Assembly (NCBI GenBank): GCA_965208905.1
Contig: OZ242365.1
Coordinates: 2,048,001-2,112,000, forward strand
DNA from: Nitrosopumilaceae archaeon
GTDB lineage: Archaea; Thermoproteota; Nitrososphaeria; Nitrososphaerales; Nitrosopumilaceae
Direction: 5' to 3'
Length of the DNA stretch: 64,000 nt
Shown here: positions 19,853-30,177 of the stretch, piece after piece
Numbering within the stretch: the first letter of the stretch is position 1
Layout: every line of letters begins with the position of its first letter
Made by a program: the position numbers and the translations under genes
The notes under the pieces: model-generated
Told to the model about the DNA's origin: nothing
Databases searched by the model: none
Seen by the model: the letters and a program-made list of their open reading frames with translations, nothing else

Positions 19853-20614
19853 ATGAAGGAGAACGAACCATTTGATGCATCAGATATGATATTGGCTAAA
19901 CCTGGCACAGTTGTGGATTCGGACACTCTACTACGAAATACACAGACCCGCATATGGGCATCATTAAAGAAGGACTATCAATATGCAGGAGTTCCGGATA
20001 ACTCTACTAAATTCCTTCGGCAGAATGTCTTTAAAAAGTTCAATGCAGTGGTGTTGTATGTAGATTTGGTGGGTTCCACAGATATGGTGCTTGGTCTATC
20101 CTTTGAAAAGTTGGCCATCATAATGGAGGCCTTTGCGCAGGAGATGGCAGATACAGTGGTTAAACATGGTGGTTTGGTGTTAAAGTTCATAGGAGATGCT
20201 GTGATAGGTTATTTTGTACACTCGGACAGGGCACACTTTACTGCAGATCATGCTGTAAGGTGCGCAAAGTCTATGCGGTTTGTCATACGTGAAGGAATAA
20301 ACCCCATACTGTCCCAGTATGACTATCCTGAACTACACGTTCGTATAGGTATAGACTATGGTACCAACATAGTGGTCAGATATGGCAGAGATCCCAAACT
20401 GTCACATGTAGATTTGATGGGACGCGCCATGAACATGGCATCAAAGATACAGTCTGTTGCAGATCCAGACCAGATACTGATAGGCGAGGATGTCTATAAC
20501 ATGCTTCATCCAAATTTACAAAATGACTTTAGAATTGTTGTCTGGAAGGATGTAAACTGGAAGTATCGGTCATTGGATACCGGAGACCTCTATCAAGTCT
20601 ATGCGCACAAGTGA
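19853..20614 (+). CDS. Class III adenylate/guanylate cyclase
   Basis: LYVDLVGST, KFIGDAV, RIGIDYG, MNMASKIQ. Confidence 0.9.
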   Translation: MKENEPFDASDMILAKPGTVVDSDTLLRNTQTRIWASLKKDYQYAGVPDNSTKFLRQNVFKKFNAVVLYVDLVGSTDMVLGLSFEKLAIIMEAFAQEMADTVVKHGGLVLKFIGDAVIGYFVHSDRAHFTADHAVRCAKSMRFVIREGINPILSQYDYPELHVRIGIDYGTNIVVRYGRDPKLSHVDLMGRAMNMASKIQSVADPDQILIGEDVYNMLHPNLQNDFRIVVWKDVNWKYRSLDTGDLYQVYAHK

Positions 20615-20770
20615 GCACATACTACTCACAAAATGCAAAATTGGAATCAATACATTCGTTCTGAATTTGATACTGGTTAGATCTTGTGTTAGTAAAATTA
20701 GATTACAAGATAAATACGAGCTACAACTCGTTTAGTAATTAAAAATGAAAAAAAGAAATTATGCTAATAT

Positions 20771-21490
20771 CTAATTACCTTCCCAGTAGTAAGCTGGTAT
20801 GATCGTAATAGGCTCAGTTGTACCTGTTACATCATTAATACATACGGCTGCTATATCGGTTACACTGGTTTCGCCATCTGCATTCACTGGGTCGATTGTA
20901 AAGTATACAATGCTGCCCACTTCCATGTCGGAGTTAAAGCTAATGTTGTCGCCAGAGAGGCTGTGTGTGCCAGCAAAGTAGTATGGAGTATCCTCCATCA
21001 CTACAATTTTACCAGATACACTAACATCGCCAGGCTCTTGGAATGAGATGTCTTTGACCTCAAGTCCTGGGCATTTTGCATCATCCTCCAAGTCATGTAG
21101 GGTCACATAGTGGTTGTGGAATGATGCATCATCTGCATCAACCTGTGCTATGCTATCATAGACACCTGCGTGTGTGGTTGTCACTATTATTGCTTCAAGT
21201 TCTGCACCAGATATGACACCATATCCGAACGCACCGCCGGATCCGTCGGTGGGAACTTCTATACCTGTGTAAATTCGTACCTTCTCAAGTTCAGAGCTGT
21301 CCGTTATTACTGCGGATTTGGCTATGTATGAGGTACTCATCATGGCTTCTTCCATCATGGCCTCACCCATCATGTTTTCACCCATCATCTCTTCCTCAGC
21401 AATGGCGCTAGTTGCACCGTTTATCGCAAGGACACCAAAGGTAGCTGCAAACATTATGCCTAAACTCATGATAAGAACTTTCTTATTCAT
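20771..21490 (-). CDS. Secreted hypothetical protein
   Basis: Signal peptide, Met/Glu-rich linker, TTHAGVYDS...FHNHYV. Confidence 0.75.
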   Translation of the reverse strand: MNKKVLIMSLGIMFAATFGVLAINGATSAIAEEEMMGENMMGEAMMEEAMMSTSYIAKSAVITDSSELEKVRIYTGIEVPTDGSGGAFGYGVISGAELEAIIVTTTHAGVYDSIAQVDADDASFHNHYVTLHDLEDDAKCPGLEVKDISFQEPGDVSVSGKIVVMEDTPYYFAGTHSLSGDNISFNSDMEVGSIVYFTIDPVNADGETSVTDIAAVCINDVTGTTEPITIIPAYYWEGN

Positions 21491-21491
21491 T

Positions 21492-22716
21492 AACTCTGTG
21501 TCATAATTCTATTCGCATGTAAATCGGACTCTGCTCATGTAGAGTTACACGTTACACTTCGACTCCCGGGCTAACGATTCATCCCGCCATCTGTTGTATA
21601 GAGATACCTTGAGCTGTATCTCATGTACGATATTCTCCCATTTGAGGGCGAGAACATGTTCACCAAACACGCGTTTAAATATAGAAAATACACCCTCCAC
21701 AACCCATCTCCTGCGGTATCCAATCTTGGCCTTCCAGTACACCTGATTCTCCCTCTTCTCTTCTTGGCTTAACAGATCTAGCCGTGTAGCCTTGGTACTG
21801 CCTCCCAGTTGGTCCCTTACAGATATGCCCCATGCAGCGCCAGACCCCCTACTGCGCGGCGTAACATTGATCTTGTGCAGTATGCCTGGAACTACCCCTG
21901 CACGCGCACATGCAGCAATGTTGGCCCTTGAGCCGTACGCGGCATCTCCATATATGATAGTGGGCATCTCTGAACCATCATCTGAACAGTCCGATGTGGT
22001 ATCTGCAAGAGGTGGCATGCCCGATACGAGTAGATTTTTGTATCTGGGCATATCAGATGAGATTTCTTGCTCTCCAGACTGGTACGACATCTCAGATGCG
22101 CAGTCTGCATCAACACTCTGTCCTAACAGTGATTGGAATTTAGTAATATCGCCTACTGACTCGTCTGTAATGGATATGGCGGTTATCTTCATGGTCTGCG
22201 TGTCAACCATCGCGTGCATCTTTACAAAACCACGTTTTACCTTCCACTTTTTGCTCATCCACTCTCCCCTATTGTGTTGCTTGAGCCCTGTTGCATCGAC
22301 TGCCAGTATACGAGAATGTTTTTTGTTTGACACTGTTATCATTTCATTCTGATTTATATTCACATCAAGCATGCCTATCCGCTTGCGTATATGGCTAAAG
22401 GAAGGTGTGTTGGATTCTCCAATCATCTTTCCGATTATGCCCTCAAGTTGCCTGTACCGGACTCCAATCCCGACCCTGAGGGCAGCGGTTAGCATAATCA
22501 ATGTCTCCGAATATTGGTACGGAGCACCCACCTTTCCCTTGTTGGCATGGTTGACCTCACGCTTCCACTCGGGGTTATACTCTATGAACATGTCTGCCCC
22601 ACGCTTGACGTACTTTTCGTTGTCAGTTTTTACCATAAAATAGATGGCTTAATGATGGGAGCTATATGTGTTTTGATCAATGTGGCGGTATTCAAGAATA
22701 GTTATGACACAAAGTT
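21492..22716 (-). mobile_element. IS5-family (IS903-like) element with TIRs and 8-10 bp TSD
   Basis: TIRs AACTCTGTGTCATAA and AACTTTGTGTCATAA; flanking direct repeat (T)TATTCATT(A). Confidence 0.88.
21545..22636 (-). CDS. IS5-family DDE transposase
   Basis: LAVDATGLK..NRGEW, VKMHAMVD, YGDAAY, GYRRRWVVEGVFSIFKR. Confidence 0.92.
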   Translation of the reverse strand: MVKTDNEKYVKRGADMFIEYNPEWKREVNHANKGKVGAPYQYSETLIMLTAALRVGIGVRYRQLEGIIGKMIGESNTPSFSHIRKRIGMLDVNINQNEMITVSNKKHSRILAVDATGLKQHNRGEWMSKKWKVKRGFVKMHAMVDTQTMKITAISITDESVGDITKFQSLLGQSVDADCASEMSYQSGEQEISSDMPRYKNLLVSGMPPLADTTSDCSDDGSEMPTIIYGDAAYGSRANIAACARAGVVPGILHKINVTPRSRGSGAAWGISVRDQLGGSTKATRLDLLSQEEKRENQVYWKAKIGYRRRWVVEGVFSIFKRVFGEHVLALKWENIVHEIQLKVSLYNRWRDESLARESKCNV

Positions 22717-22821
22717 TATTCATTATAGATTAGAAGGCTTGGTGGTTTAATAATTGTTGGTGCGTAATTCCATCTGATCTTGTCTTCGCATGTGTCCCGC
22801 TGTAGTTTCACGGCGGAGCAT

Positions 22822-23176
22822 CTAGATCTGTACGGTCACACGTACGATGCCGTGCCGTAGGATGGTACATCTACACCACGTATCCGGGCTATATCTGAGT
22901 CGGTTCAGCACCTTGATGTTCCAGGTGATGGTCCGGATCTTGTCGAATCGGCGTACCAATACCAGCACATCGGCCTTGTTAAAGAAACCCATCTTTCGTG
23001 TGGTTTGAGCACATAAATTCTTCATTGCATGTATGTCGTATCCCATTACGCGCAACCAGCCTTGGGACCACCTACTATTCCTGTATTTTGTAAATTGTAA
23101 CACTATTTAGTATTCATTTCTAAAACCACTACTGACTCCTTTGGCCATTACCTGAGTACTGTAAAGTTCGCTTCAT
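22822..23176 (-). pseudogene. Decayed HinP1I-like type II restriction endonuclease
   Basis: MAKGVSSGFRNEY*IVLQFTKYRNSRWSQGWLRVMGYD...NKADVLVLV resembles the HinP1I N-terminus as I recall it; in-frame stop and probable frameshift; ATGA overlap with the MTase stop. Confidence 0.55.
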
Positions 23177-24105
23177 TGGGACTTTGGGTAGTTTGTTATA
23201 ATGAATTCCTGACTATTTTTTTGTGTAAAATATTGTAGAGAACGGTTAAGCTTTATGCTGTATGTGTTATAGTGGCTGGGAAGTTTTAGCGATTCTGGGT
23301 GATTCTGCTCGGATATCATGATCAGATTATTAACACCCACTGTACGCACAAAATCAACAAAATCTGCAGTCTTTGGCACAGAGTTGTAATGCCAGTTGGG
23401 GTTATTCATGTAGGGAGGATCCATGTATAGAAATGCGTCAGATACATTACGATATGACTCGTACATTTCATTTCTTATCTCCATGTTTTGTATAATTTTA
23501 CTTGTATTCATGAATAACTCTCTATCTATATTTGGGCAACGGGAGTTTTTGCGCATAGGCGCGTTGAATTTATTGAGGCGATTAAATCTAATCTTTCCTG
23601 AAAATGCATTCTTTGCTAGATATAGGAATCGTCCGGCCCCTGCAACTCCCGTCTCTAGATTATCTTTTTGACGTATTGTGTAGTAGTATTTTTCAGATGA
23701 TAACTCTCTATGTTTTTCATACTCGTCTAGTAACTCTACTGTATGATCACGTACAGATTTTATAAAGTTGGTAATAACGGGGTTGTTGTCGTTGTATGTT
23801 ACATTTTCAGAGCCAAATTTATAGCAGCAGTATACACTAAATGAACCACCACCACCAAACAGGTCATATATTCTACGTCCAGTTACATCGGGCATTAAAA
23901 CATCAAATATGTCTGCAAAACCAGACTTGTTGCCTATGTATGGTATCAGATGATATCTGTTACGGGTGTTGGTAACTATAAAGTCACTCGTAGTCATATT
24001 TTTGGCATTGTTGCTTTCCAACATGTATTGTCGAGTCTCGGATGCATGATTCATTACTAGAACAGTATACACAAGCACTACATAATTCTGTTTTGGCAAT
24101 GTCAC
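23173..24105 (-). CDS. Dam-like (D12 class) N6-adenine DNA methyltransferase
   Basis: IPYIGNKS, DLFGGGGS, YNDNN, YMDPPY; true start probably downstream of 24105. Confidence 0.9.
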   Translation of the reverse strand: MTLPKQNYVVLVYTVLVMNHASETRQYMLESNNAKNMTTSDFIVTNTRNRYHLIPYIGNKSGFADIFDVLMPDVTGRRIYDLFGGGGSFSVYCCYKFGSENVTYNDNNPVITNFIKSVRDHTVELLDEYEKHRELSSEKYYYTIRQKDNLETGVAGAGRFLYLAKNAFSGKIRFNRLNKFNAPMRKNSRCPNIDRELFMNTSKIIQNMEIRNEMYESYRNVSDAFLYMDPPYMNNPNWHYNSVPKTADFVDFVRTVGVNNLIMISEQNHPESLKLPSHYNTYSIKLNRSLQYFTQKNSQEFIITNYPKSQ

Positions 24106-24167
24106 CTATTCAGAGTTTTTATACTGCTAATTTGCGCACATTATCAATAATCATATTATTATGCAAA

Positions 24168-24354
24168 AGTATCGTTGCAAATTCGACTGATGAGATATAA
24201 CATAATATCTTCGTTTTTGAGACGTTGTGTGCTACAAATACAGGTATTGGCGTACTCAAAACAGCCATACCCATGCTTAAGGTGAGATGAAAAATCGTTG
24301 TTCTAAAGATGTAACATGAAGCATAATGCCAACAGTCGGATTTACAACAATGCC
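24168..24354. mobile_element. Degenerate IS6-type MITE
   Basis: Ends AGTATCGTTGCAAATTCGACTGATG and (reverse complement) GGCATTGTTGTAAATCCGACTGTTG, similar to the IS26-type TIR GGCACTGTTGCAAA; no TSD. Confidence 0.6.
24287..24350 (+). repeat. 64-bp direct repeat, copy 1 (copy 2 at 26124-26187)
   Basis: 56/64 identity by manual alignment. Confidence 0.9.
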
Positions 24355-24483
24355 CGAATATGCCCAAACAGAAAACATACTATTACAAGATTATTTGAGT
24401 TGGCAAAGGATTGCTGTATATGCTGTCTGGCATCTGCGCAAGGTCGCCTGGATGATTTTTCATTCTGTTACGGACGGGACCCG

Positions 24484-25929
24484 CTACGCATCAGCGTACA
24501 TCGATACTTCCCACGCCGTGGGGGTCTGAGCAAAGGCCGAGTACTCTTTGTGTTTGAGCTCCGAATATTTGTCCAGAAAGTCAGATGTGAAGACATCCCT
24601 GAGGAAACGATTGTCACTCTGCAGCTCATTGAGGGCGCCGCGCAACGAGAGCGGCAGCGACCCTATCCCGTACTCATGCCTCTTCGCAACCGAGAGCTTG
24701 TAGACGTTCTCTTCTACCGGATCTCCGGGATCCATCTTCCTTCTTATACCGTCAAGACCCGCAAGGAGCAGGGCGGCTTCGAGCAGGTAGATGTTGGCGG
24801 TGGGGTCTGGCACGCGGTACTCGATCCTCTTGCTTTTTTGCTGGTTCCGGTAGTACATGGGTACGCGGACGGTGGCAGAACGGTTGCCCATGCCCCAGCA
24901 GATACCGGTCGGCGCTTCAAAGCCCGGTACCAATCGCTTGTACGAGTTGGTGGTTGGGTTGGATATGGCGCACAGAGCCCTGGCATGATCCAGTATTCCA
25001 CCTATGTAGTATCTTCCGGTCTGGCTCAACTGAGCCACCGAGTCTTCGGGGTCGTACATTACATTGTTCTTGTCTGCCCACAGGCTCTGGTGTACGTGCA
25101 TCGCCGAGGCATTGTCACCGTATATGGGCTTTGGCATAAAGGTGGCCACCTTGCCGCTGCGCTTTGCCTTGACCTTGACTACGTTCTTGACCGTTACCAC
25201 GTTGTCTGCCATGGCGATGATCTCGTCATAGGCAAGGTTTATCTCACACTGGCCGGAGGTTGCCACCTCGTGGTGCTCGGCCTCTATCTTTATACCGAAG
25301 TAGCGGTGGAGATCGTCGCAGACATCCTTCCTGAAGGTCTCGAGCGTATCCTTGGGCTGCGATGGATAGTAGCCTTCCTTGAGGTCTATGGCAGTGCTGA
25401 TATTCCCCTTGGCCCACGGCGACTCCTTTGATTCTATGGAGTAGCCGGAACCACCGTACGAGTGGGTGGCGGCATACGGCGACGGATAGACCGTTATGGC
25501 ATCAAAGACAAAGAACTCCACCTCGGGACCCCAGTTTGTATGCGTAATGCCCGTTCCCTCGAGCTTGGCAGTCGCCTTCTTTGCTATCCCGCGCGAATCA
25601 CGGTTGTACCGTGACTTAGCCGCGGTGTTGCCCTCGTAGAGGTCGCAGATGAATCTGGCATTCTTCCTGTGGCCGTTATCGTATCCGGGCGGCAGGATGC
25701 GGAAGGTGTCGGGGTCGGGCTTGAGAATCATATCTGACTTGTTCACTGACTTGAAACCGAGTATTGAGCTGGCATCAAGTTTTTCAAGGCCATGCTTGAA
25801 GCTGTTCTCGTCTACCGCATAGCTTGGCATGCCCATACGCTTCAACTCACCAAATATGTCGACAAACCAAAAATCAAGAAATGTGATACCCTCAACCTGA
25901 ATTTTCTCCAGTACCGCATCCACGTCCAT
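24484..25929 (-). CDS. glnA: Glutamine synthetase type I
   Basis: GPEVEFF, EAEHHEVATSGQCEI, ATFMPKP, TTNSYKRLVPGFEAP, RIEYRVPDP; start at MDVDAV preferred. Confidence 0.95.
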   Translation of the reverse strand: MDVDAVLEKIQVEGITFLDFWFVDIFGELKRMGMPSYAVDENSFKHGLEKLDASSILGFKSVNKSDMILKPDPDTFRILPPGYDNGHRKNARFICDLYEGNTAAKSRYNRDSRGIAKKATAKLEGTGITHTNWGPEVEFFVFDAITVYPSPYAATHSYGGSGYSIESKESPWAKGNISTAIDLKEGYYPSQPKDTLETFRKDVCDDLHRYFGIKIEAEHHEVATSGQCEINLAYDEIIAMADNVVTVKNVVKVKAKRSGKVATFMPKPIYGDNASAMHVHQSLWADKNNVMYDPEDSVAQLSQTGRYYIGGILDHARALCAISNPTTNSYKRLVPGFEAPTGICWGMGNRSATVRVPMYYRNQQKSKRIEYRVPDPTANIYLLEAALLLAGLDGIRRKMDPGDPVEENVYKLSVAKRHEYGIGSLPLSLRGALNELQSDNRFLRDVFTSDFLDKYSELKHKEYSAFAQTPTAWEVSMYADA

Positions 25930-26123
25930 AATGCCGGCGCCAAACGCACCCTTTACTAATGTTACTATCCCCCGGGGCTGTTCAAAAGGTAACCGTTTAA
26001 CCAGCCTGGGAATGGTCCGAGCGACCCTGCCTACGTCGCATGCGGATTTGCCCGGACCGCTGATCAGTTTTGTTATGTGTGCAGCTGCATCGGCGGCGCC
26101 ATCATGCATATACTTAATACAAA

Positions 26124-26191
26124 ATGAAAAATTGTTGTTTTACCGCTGTAACATGAAGCATAATACCATCAGTCGGATTTGCAACAACACC
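26124..26191 (+). repeat. 64-bp direct repeat, copy 2, ending in an IS6-type TIR
   Basis: Reverse complement of the end reads GGTGTTGTTGCAAATCCGACTGATG. Confidence 0.85.
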
Positions 26192-26236
26192 TCACATACA
26201 AAAGATTAATTTTTAGCATTTTTCAGGTTTCATAAC

Positions 26237-27430
26237 ATGGCAAAGGCAGTACTGGCGTTCTCGGGAGGATTGGATACATCCGTAGTCGTAAAGTACCTTC
26301 AGACCGAACATGGTTTAGACGTTGTTACAGTTACAGTGGATGTGGGACAAGGTGATGATTATGATGCAATACGTACCAAGTCTAAAAGACTGGGGGCCGT
26401 GTCTCACTATACCATAGATGCAAGACAAGAGTTTGTAGAAGGTTACGTCTATCCTGCAATACAGGCCAATGCGCTATACCAAGACAAATACTGTCTGGCG
26501 ACCGCTCTGGCTAGACCATTGATTGCACAGAAGGTAGTTGAGGTGGCTAAAAAGGAGGGTGCAGAGGCGCTGGCACACGGTTGTTCAGGTAAGGGCAATG
26601 ATCAAGTACGTTTTGATTTGGCGTTTATGTCCAGCTCAAATCTACCCATACTGGCACCCATCCGTGACAAAAACCTTGATCGAGAAGCAGAGATAAAGTA
26701 CGCCGAAGAGAGGGGCGTTCAAATAGAGACTGTGGCCAAAAAGTTCAGCATAGACCAGAATCTATGGGGACGCGCCATCGAAGGAGGAGTCTTGGAAGAC
26801 CCGTACGCAGAACCCCCTGATGATGCATTCATCTGGACACGTGTCAACAACCTGTCTGCAGAGCCAACGTACGTAACTATATCATTTGATTCTGGTATAC
26901 CTGTGGCTGTAAACGACACGCCCATGAAACCAGTACAACTAATTACACACTTGAATAAGGTTGCTGGCGAAGCCGGCGTGGGGGTTGTAGATCATATAGA
27001 AGACCGTACGGTAGGCCTCAAGTCCAGAGAGGTATATGAAACACCAGGGGCAACATGTCTTATAGAGGCGCACTCTGATCTGGAGAAGATGGTTCATACA
27101 ATACACCAGAACAGACTAAAACGTGTAATGGATGATGAGTGGGCCAGACTGGCATACCTTGGACTCTGGGATGAGCCCCTCCGTAGAGATGTTGATGCGT
27201 TCATACGGAGAACCCAGAGTGTTGTAACTGGTATAGTACGACTAAAGATGCAGGGTGGCTCTGTACGTGTTGTGGGGCGCAAGTCAAAGTACTCCCTATA
27301 TAATGCAAAGTCGGCCACATATGGTGCTGATTCCACCTTTGATCAGAGACGAGCGGCCGGATTTGTAGAGTTGTGGGGCGCTCAGTCTGCTGAAGCGAAT
27401 AAATTACAAGGGTATACGATAAAAGAATGA
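26237..27430 (+). CDS. argG: Argininosuccinate synthase
   Basis: LAFSGGLDTS, AHGCSGKGNDQVRF, KSREVYETPG. Confidence 0.96.
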   Translation: MAKAVLAFSGGLDTSVVVKYLQTEHGLDVVTVTVDVGQGDDYDAIRTKSKRLGAVSHYTIDARQEFVEGYVYPAIQANALYQDKYCLATALARPLIAQKVVEVAKKEGAEALAHGCSGKGNDQVRFDLAFMSSSNLPILAPIRDKNLDREAEIKYAEERGVQIETVAKKFSIDQNLWGRAIEGGVLEDPYAEPPDDAFIWTRVNNLSAEPTYVTISFDSGIPVAVNDTPMKPVQLITHLNKVAGEAGVGVVDHIEDRTVGLKSREVYETPGATCLIEAHSDLEKMVHTIHQNRLKRVMDDEWARLAYLGLWDEPLRRDVDAFIRRTQSVVTGIVRLKMQGGSVRVVGRKSKYSLYNAKSATYGADSTFDQRRAAGFVELWGAQSAEANKLQGYTIKE

Positions 27431-27458
27431 TGCCCATAATTGGTGGTGTGTATTAACA

Positions 27459-28307
27459 ATGGTCACAGTAGGTATAGCATATGACCGCCTGCGTCTTGAG
27501 GAGAAGATGTTGGCAAAGGCTGCGCAATCTTTGGGATATGACGCCATATTGTACGATGTAAAACAGGCCAAGACCAGTACTGATGATGACAATATCGATG
27601 TCGGGGATGTCGTCCTAGAGCGATGTGTCAGCTACTATCGGGGCCTACACTTTACATCATATTTGGAGTTCTTAGATATACCCACAATCAACAGGTTCAA
27701 AGTTGCCAGTACGTGCGGAAACAAGATGTTTGTCACATTATTACTAAAGAAGCACAACATACCCACACCCACAACACACTTTGCATACTCTGCTGAGTCT
27801 GTTACATCCATGATGGAGCAGATAGGTTACCCCAAGGTGATAAAGCCAGTGGTGGGTAGCTGGGGACGGGGCATAATACCATTAAGGGATCGTGATGCTG
27901 TTGATGCTGTAATCGAGATACGCAAAGTCACCGATGCACCGCTAGACCGAGTATACTACCTGCAAGACGTCATAGACAGACCTCCTCGGGACATTCGTGT
28001 CATAACTGTGGATGATACGCCCATTGCTGCCATGTATAGAACTTCAGAAGGGTTTCGTACTAATGTCTCAATGGGTGGAGACCCACAACCCTGCAGTCAT
28101 ACCGGTGAGATTGGGGAGTTGGCGGCACGCGCATCCAAAGCCGTTGGCGGCGGCATTCTGGGAGTAGATATGATGGAAGATAAAGACCAGGGTATAACAG
28201 TACATGAGGTGAATAACACAGTAGAGTTCCGAGGCATATCTAGAGTATCTGATACTGATATAGCCAATGAAATGATACAATATGCAGTATCACAACTCAG
28301 GAAATAA
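27459..28307 (+). CDS. lysX: LysX/ArgX ATP-grasp LysW ligase
   Basis: VIKPVVGSWGRG, RDIRV, FRTNVSMGG, HEVNNTVEF. Confidence 0.88.
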   Translation: MVTVGIAYDRLRLEEKMLAKAAQSLGYDAILYDVKQAKTSTDDDNIDVGDVVLERCVSYYRGLHFTSYLEFLDIPTINRFKVASTCGNKMFVTLLLKKHNIPTPTTHFAYSAESVTSMMEQIGYPKVIKPVVGSWGRGIIPLRDRDAVDAVIEIRKVTDAPLDRVYYLQDVIDRPPRDIRVITVDDTPIAAMYRTSEGFRTNVSMGGDPQPCSHTGEIGELAARASKAVGGGILGVDMMEDKDQGITVHEVNNTVEFRGISRVSDTDIANEMIQYAVSQLRK

Positions 28308-28333
28308 ATTATAGTAAATATATCACAACAATC

Positions 28334-29380
28334 ATGAGAGTAGGCGTTATTGGCGCATCCGGCTATGTGGGGGGCGAAGTACTTCGACTATTAGTGAATC
28401 ACCCCGATGTGGAGATAACTGCGGTCACATCCAGAAAGCATGCTGGACAGTATCTGCACCGCATACAGCCTAGCCTGAAGGGATTTACGGATTTGACATT
28501 CTCTGAGCTGGATTATGACAAACTCTCTGACAAGTGCGATCTCATAATAACGGCGGTTCCCCATGGCAATGCTACTGAGATAGTAAAGGCATTCTATGAC
28601 AGAGGCATACGAATCATAGATTTGAGTGCGGACTACAGATTACATAACCCCGATGACTACACAAAATGGTACGGTTGGGACCATCCACATCCGGACTATT
28701 TGGAAAAATCAGTCTTTGGAGTTCCTGAACTACACCGGGACAAGATAAAGAATGCCCAACTAGTGTCCTGTCCTGGTTGTATGGCAGTTACATCGACACT
28801 AGCATTAGCGCCTCTAATATCAAACGATATAATAGACACAAAATACATAGTAGTGGACTCTAAGATAGGTTCGTCCGGAGCAGGCGCAGGGGCTGGAACT
28901 GCCCATGCCATGCGCGCCGGAGTAATACGCCCTTACAAGCCAAGTAAGCACCGTCACACCGGTGAGATAGAACAAGAGCTGAGTGCCCTAGCAGGCTCCT
29001 CAATACGCGTATCCATGAGTCCTCATGCTGTGGATGTTGTTCGGGGAATATTATGTACAAACCACACATTTCTAAAGAAGGATGTCACATCCAAGGAGTT
29101 GTGGCGCATATACCGGGAAGCATACAGCAAGGAGAAGTTTGTCCGCTTGATTAGGGACCAACAGGGTCTGTACAAGTTTCCCGACCCCAAGTTTCTGGTG
29201 GGTTCCAACTTTTGTGATATTGGCTTTGATATAGACCCGGACAATAATCGCCTAATAGCAATATCGGCCTCGGACAATCTGATGAAGGGTGCTGCAGGCT
29301 CGGCAGTTCAGAACCTCAACGTAATGCATGGACTTGATGAGATGGTGGGCCTGCGATACACGCCATTGACGCCGGTATGA
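28334..29380 (+). CDS. argC: N-acetyl-gamma-glutamyl-phosphate reductase / LysY
   Basis: GASGYVGGE, DLSADYR, SCPGC, DNLMKGAAG. Confidence 0.92.
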   Translation: MRVGVIGASGYVGGEVLRLLVNHPDVEITAVTSRKHAGQYLHRIQPSLKGFTDLTFSELDYDKLSDKCDLIITAVPHGNATEIVKAFYDRGIRIIDLSADYRLHNPDDYTKWYGWDHPHPDYLEKSVFGVPELHRDKIKNAQLVSCPGCMAVTSTLALAPLISNDIIDTKYIVVDSKIGSSGAGAGAGTAHAMRAGVIRPYKPSKHRHTGEIEQELSALAGSSIRVSMSPHAVDVVRGILCTNHTFLKKDVTSKELWRIYREAYSKEKFVRLIRDQQGLYKFPDPKFLVGSNFCDIGFDIDPDNNRLIAISASDNLMKGAAGSAVQNLNVMHGLDEMVGLRYTPLTPV

Positions 29381-30177
29381 TCACCATTAAAATTGGTGGC
29401 AGTATTGTGGATGGCCTGCATCCAACATTTGTATCTGATATTGCGTCCCTGCGCCAGGATGGCGTAGTGATAGTTCATGGGGGTGGCAAAGAAGTAACCA
29501 AGGTATGCTCTCAGATGGGCATTCAGCCACGATTTGTGACATCGCCTAGCGGCATTCGCAGCAGATATACTGATGCAGATACGATGAGTGTGTTTGCGAT
29601 GGTGATGGCTGGTCGCATAAATCAAGGAATAGTACAAATGTTGCAGAAGAATGGCATCCCTGCCGTGGGACTGGCAGGTGCGGATGCTCGCATACTTGAG
29701 GCCGCAAGAAAGAAGAGACTGTTAATAATAAATGATAAAGGTCGCAAGCAGGCAATAGATGGAGGATACACCGGAAAGATAACATCCGTAAATCATGTAT
29801 TTTTAAAGAGACTACTTGATGATGGATTTATTCCGGTCATATCCCCGATAGCACTTAGCGAGGAGCATGAACCACTAAACGTGGATGGTGATCGAGCCGC
29901 CGCCAATGTGGCCGGAGCCATAAAGTCAGATAGTGTGATATTTGTTACGGACGTAGATGGATTACTCATGGATGATAGTCTGGTACCAAGACTGACACTG
30001 CAGGAAGCCCGGGATGTTCGCTCCAGAGTCGGGCCGGGTATGGAGAAGAAGATACTTGCATCCACTGAAGCTTTGGAGATGGGAGTGAAACATGCCATAA
30101 TCGCGTGCGGTCAGAGGAGCAACCCTATAACTCGGGCCATAATGCAAGAGAATTGTACGGTGATTGATGATGGGTGA
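29377..30177 (+). CDS. argB: Acetylglutamate/[LysW]-aminoadipate kinase (ArgB/LysZ)
   Basis: IKIGGS, VHGGG, NVDGDRAA, TDVDG. Confidence 0.9.
   Translation: MITIKIGGSIVDGLHPTFVSDIASLRQDGVVIVHGGGKEVTKVCSQMGIQPRFVTSPSGIRSRYTDADTMSVFAMVMAGRINQGIVQMLQKNGIPAVGLAGADARILEAARKKRLLIINDKGRKQAIDGGYTGKITSVNHVFLKRLLDDGFIPVISPIALSEEHEPLNVDGDRAAANVAGAIKSDSVIFVTDVDGLLMDDSLVPRLTLQEARDVRSRVGPGMEKKILASTEALEMGVKHAIIACGQRSNPITRAIMQENCTVIDDG

Noticed and set aside
24316-25431. 371-aa plus-strand ORF
   Set aside because: Antisense shadow of the GC-rich glnA; no motifs.
25930-26109. 60-aa N-terminal extension of GlnA
   Set aside because: Family similarity starts at MDVDAV; the open frame upstream is likely due to high GC.
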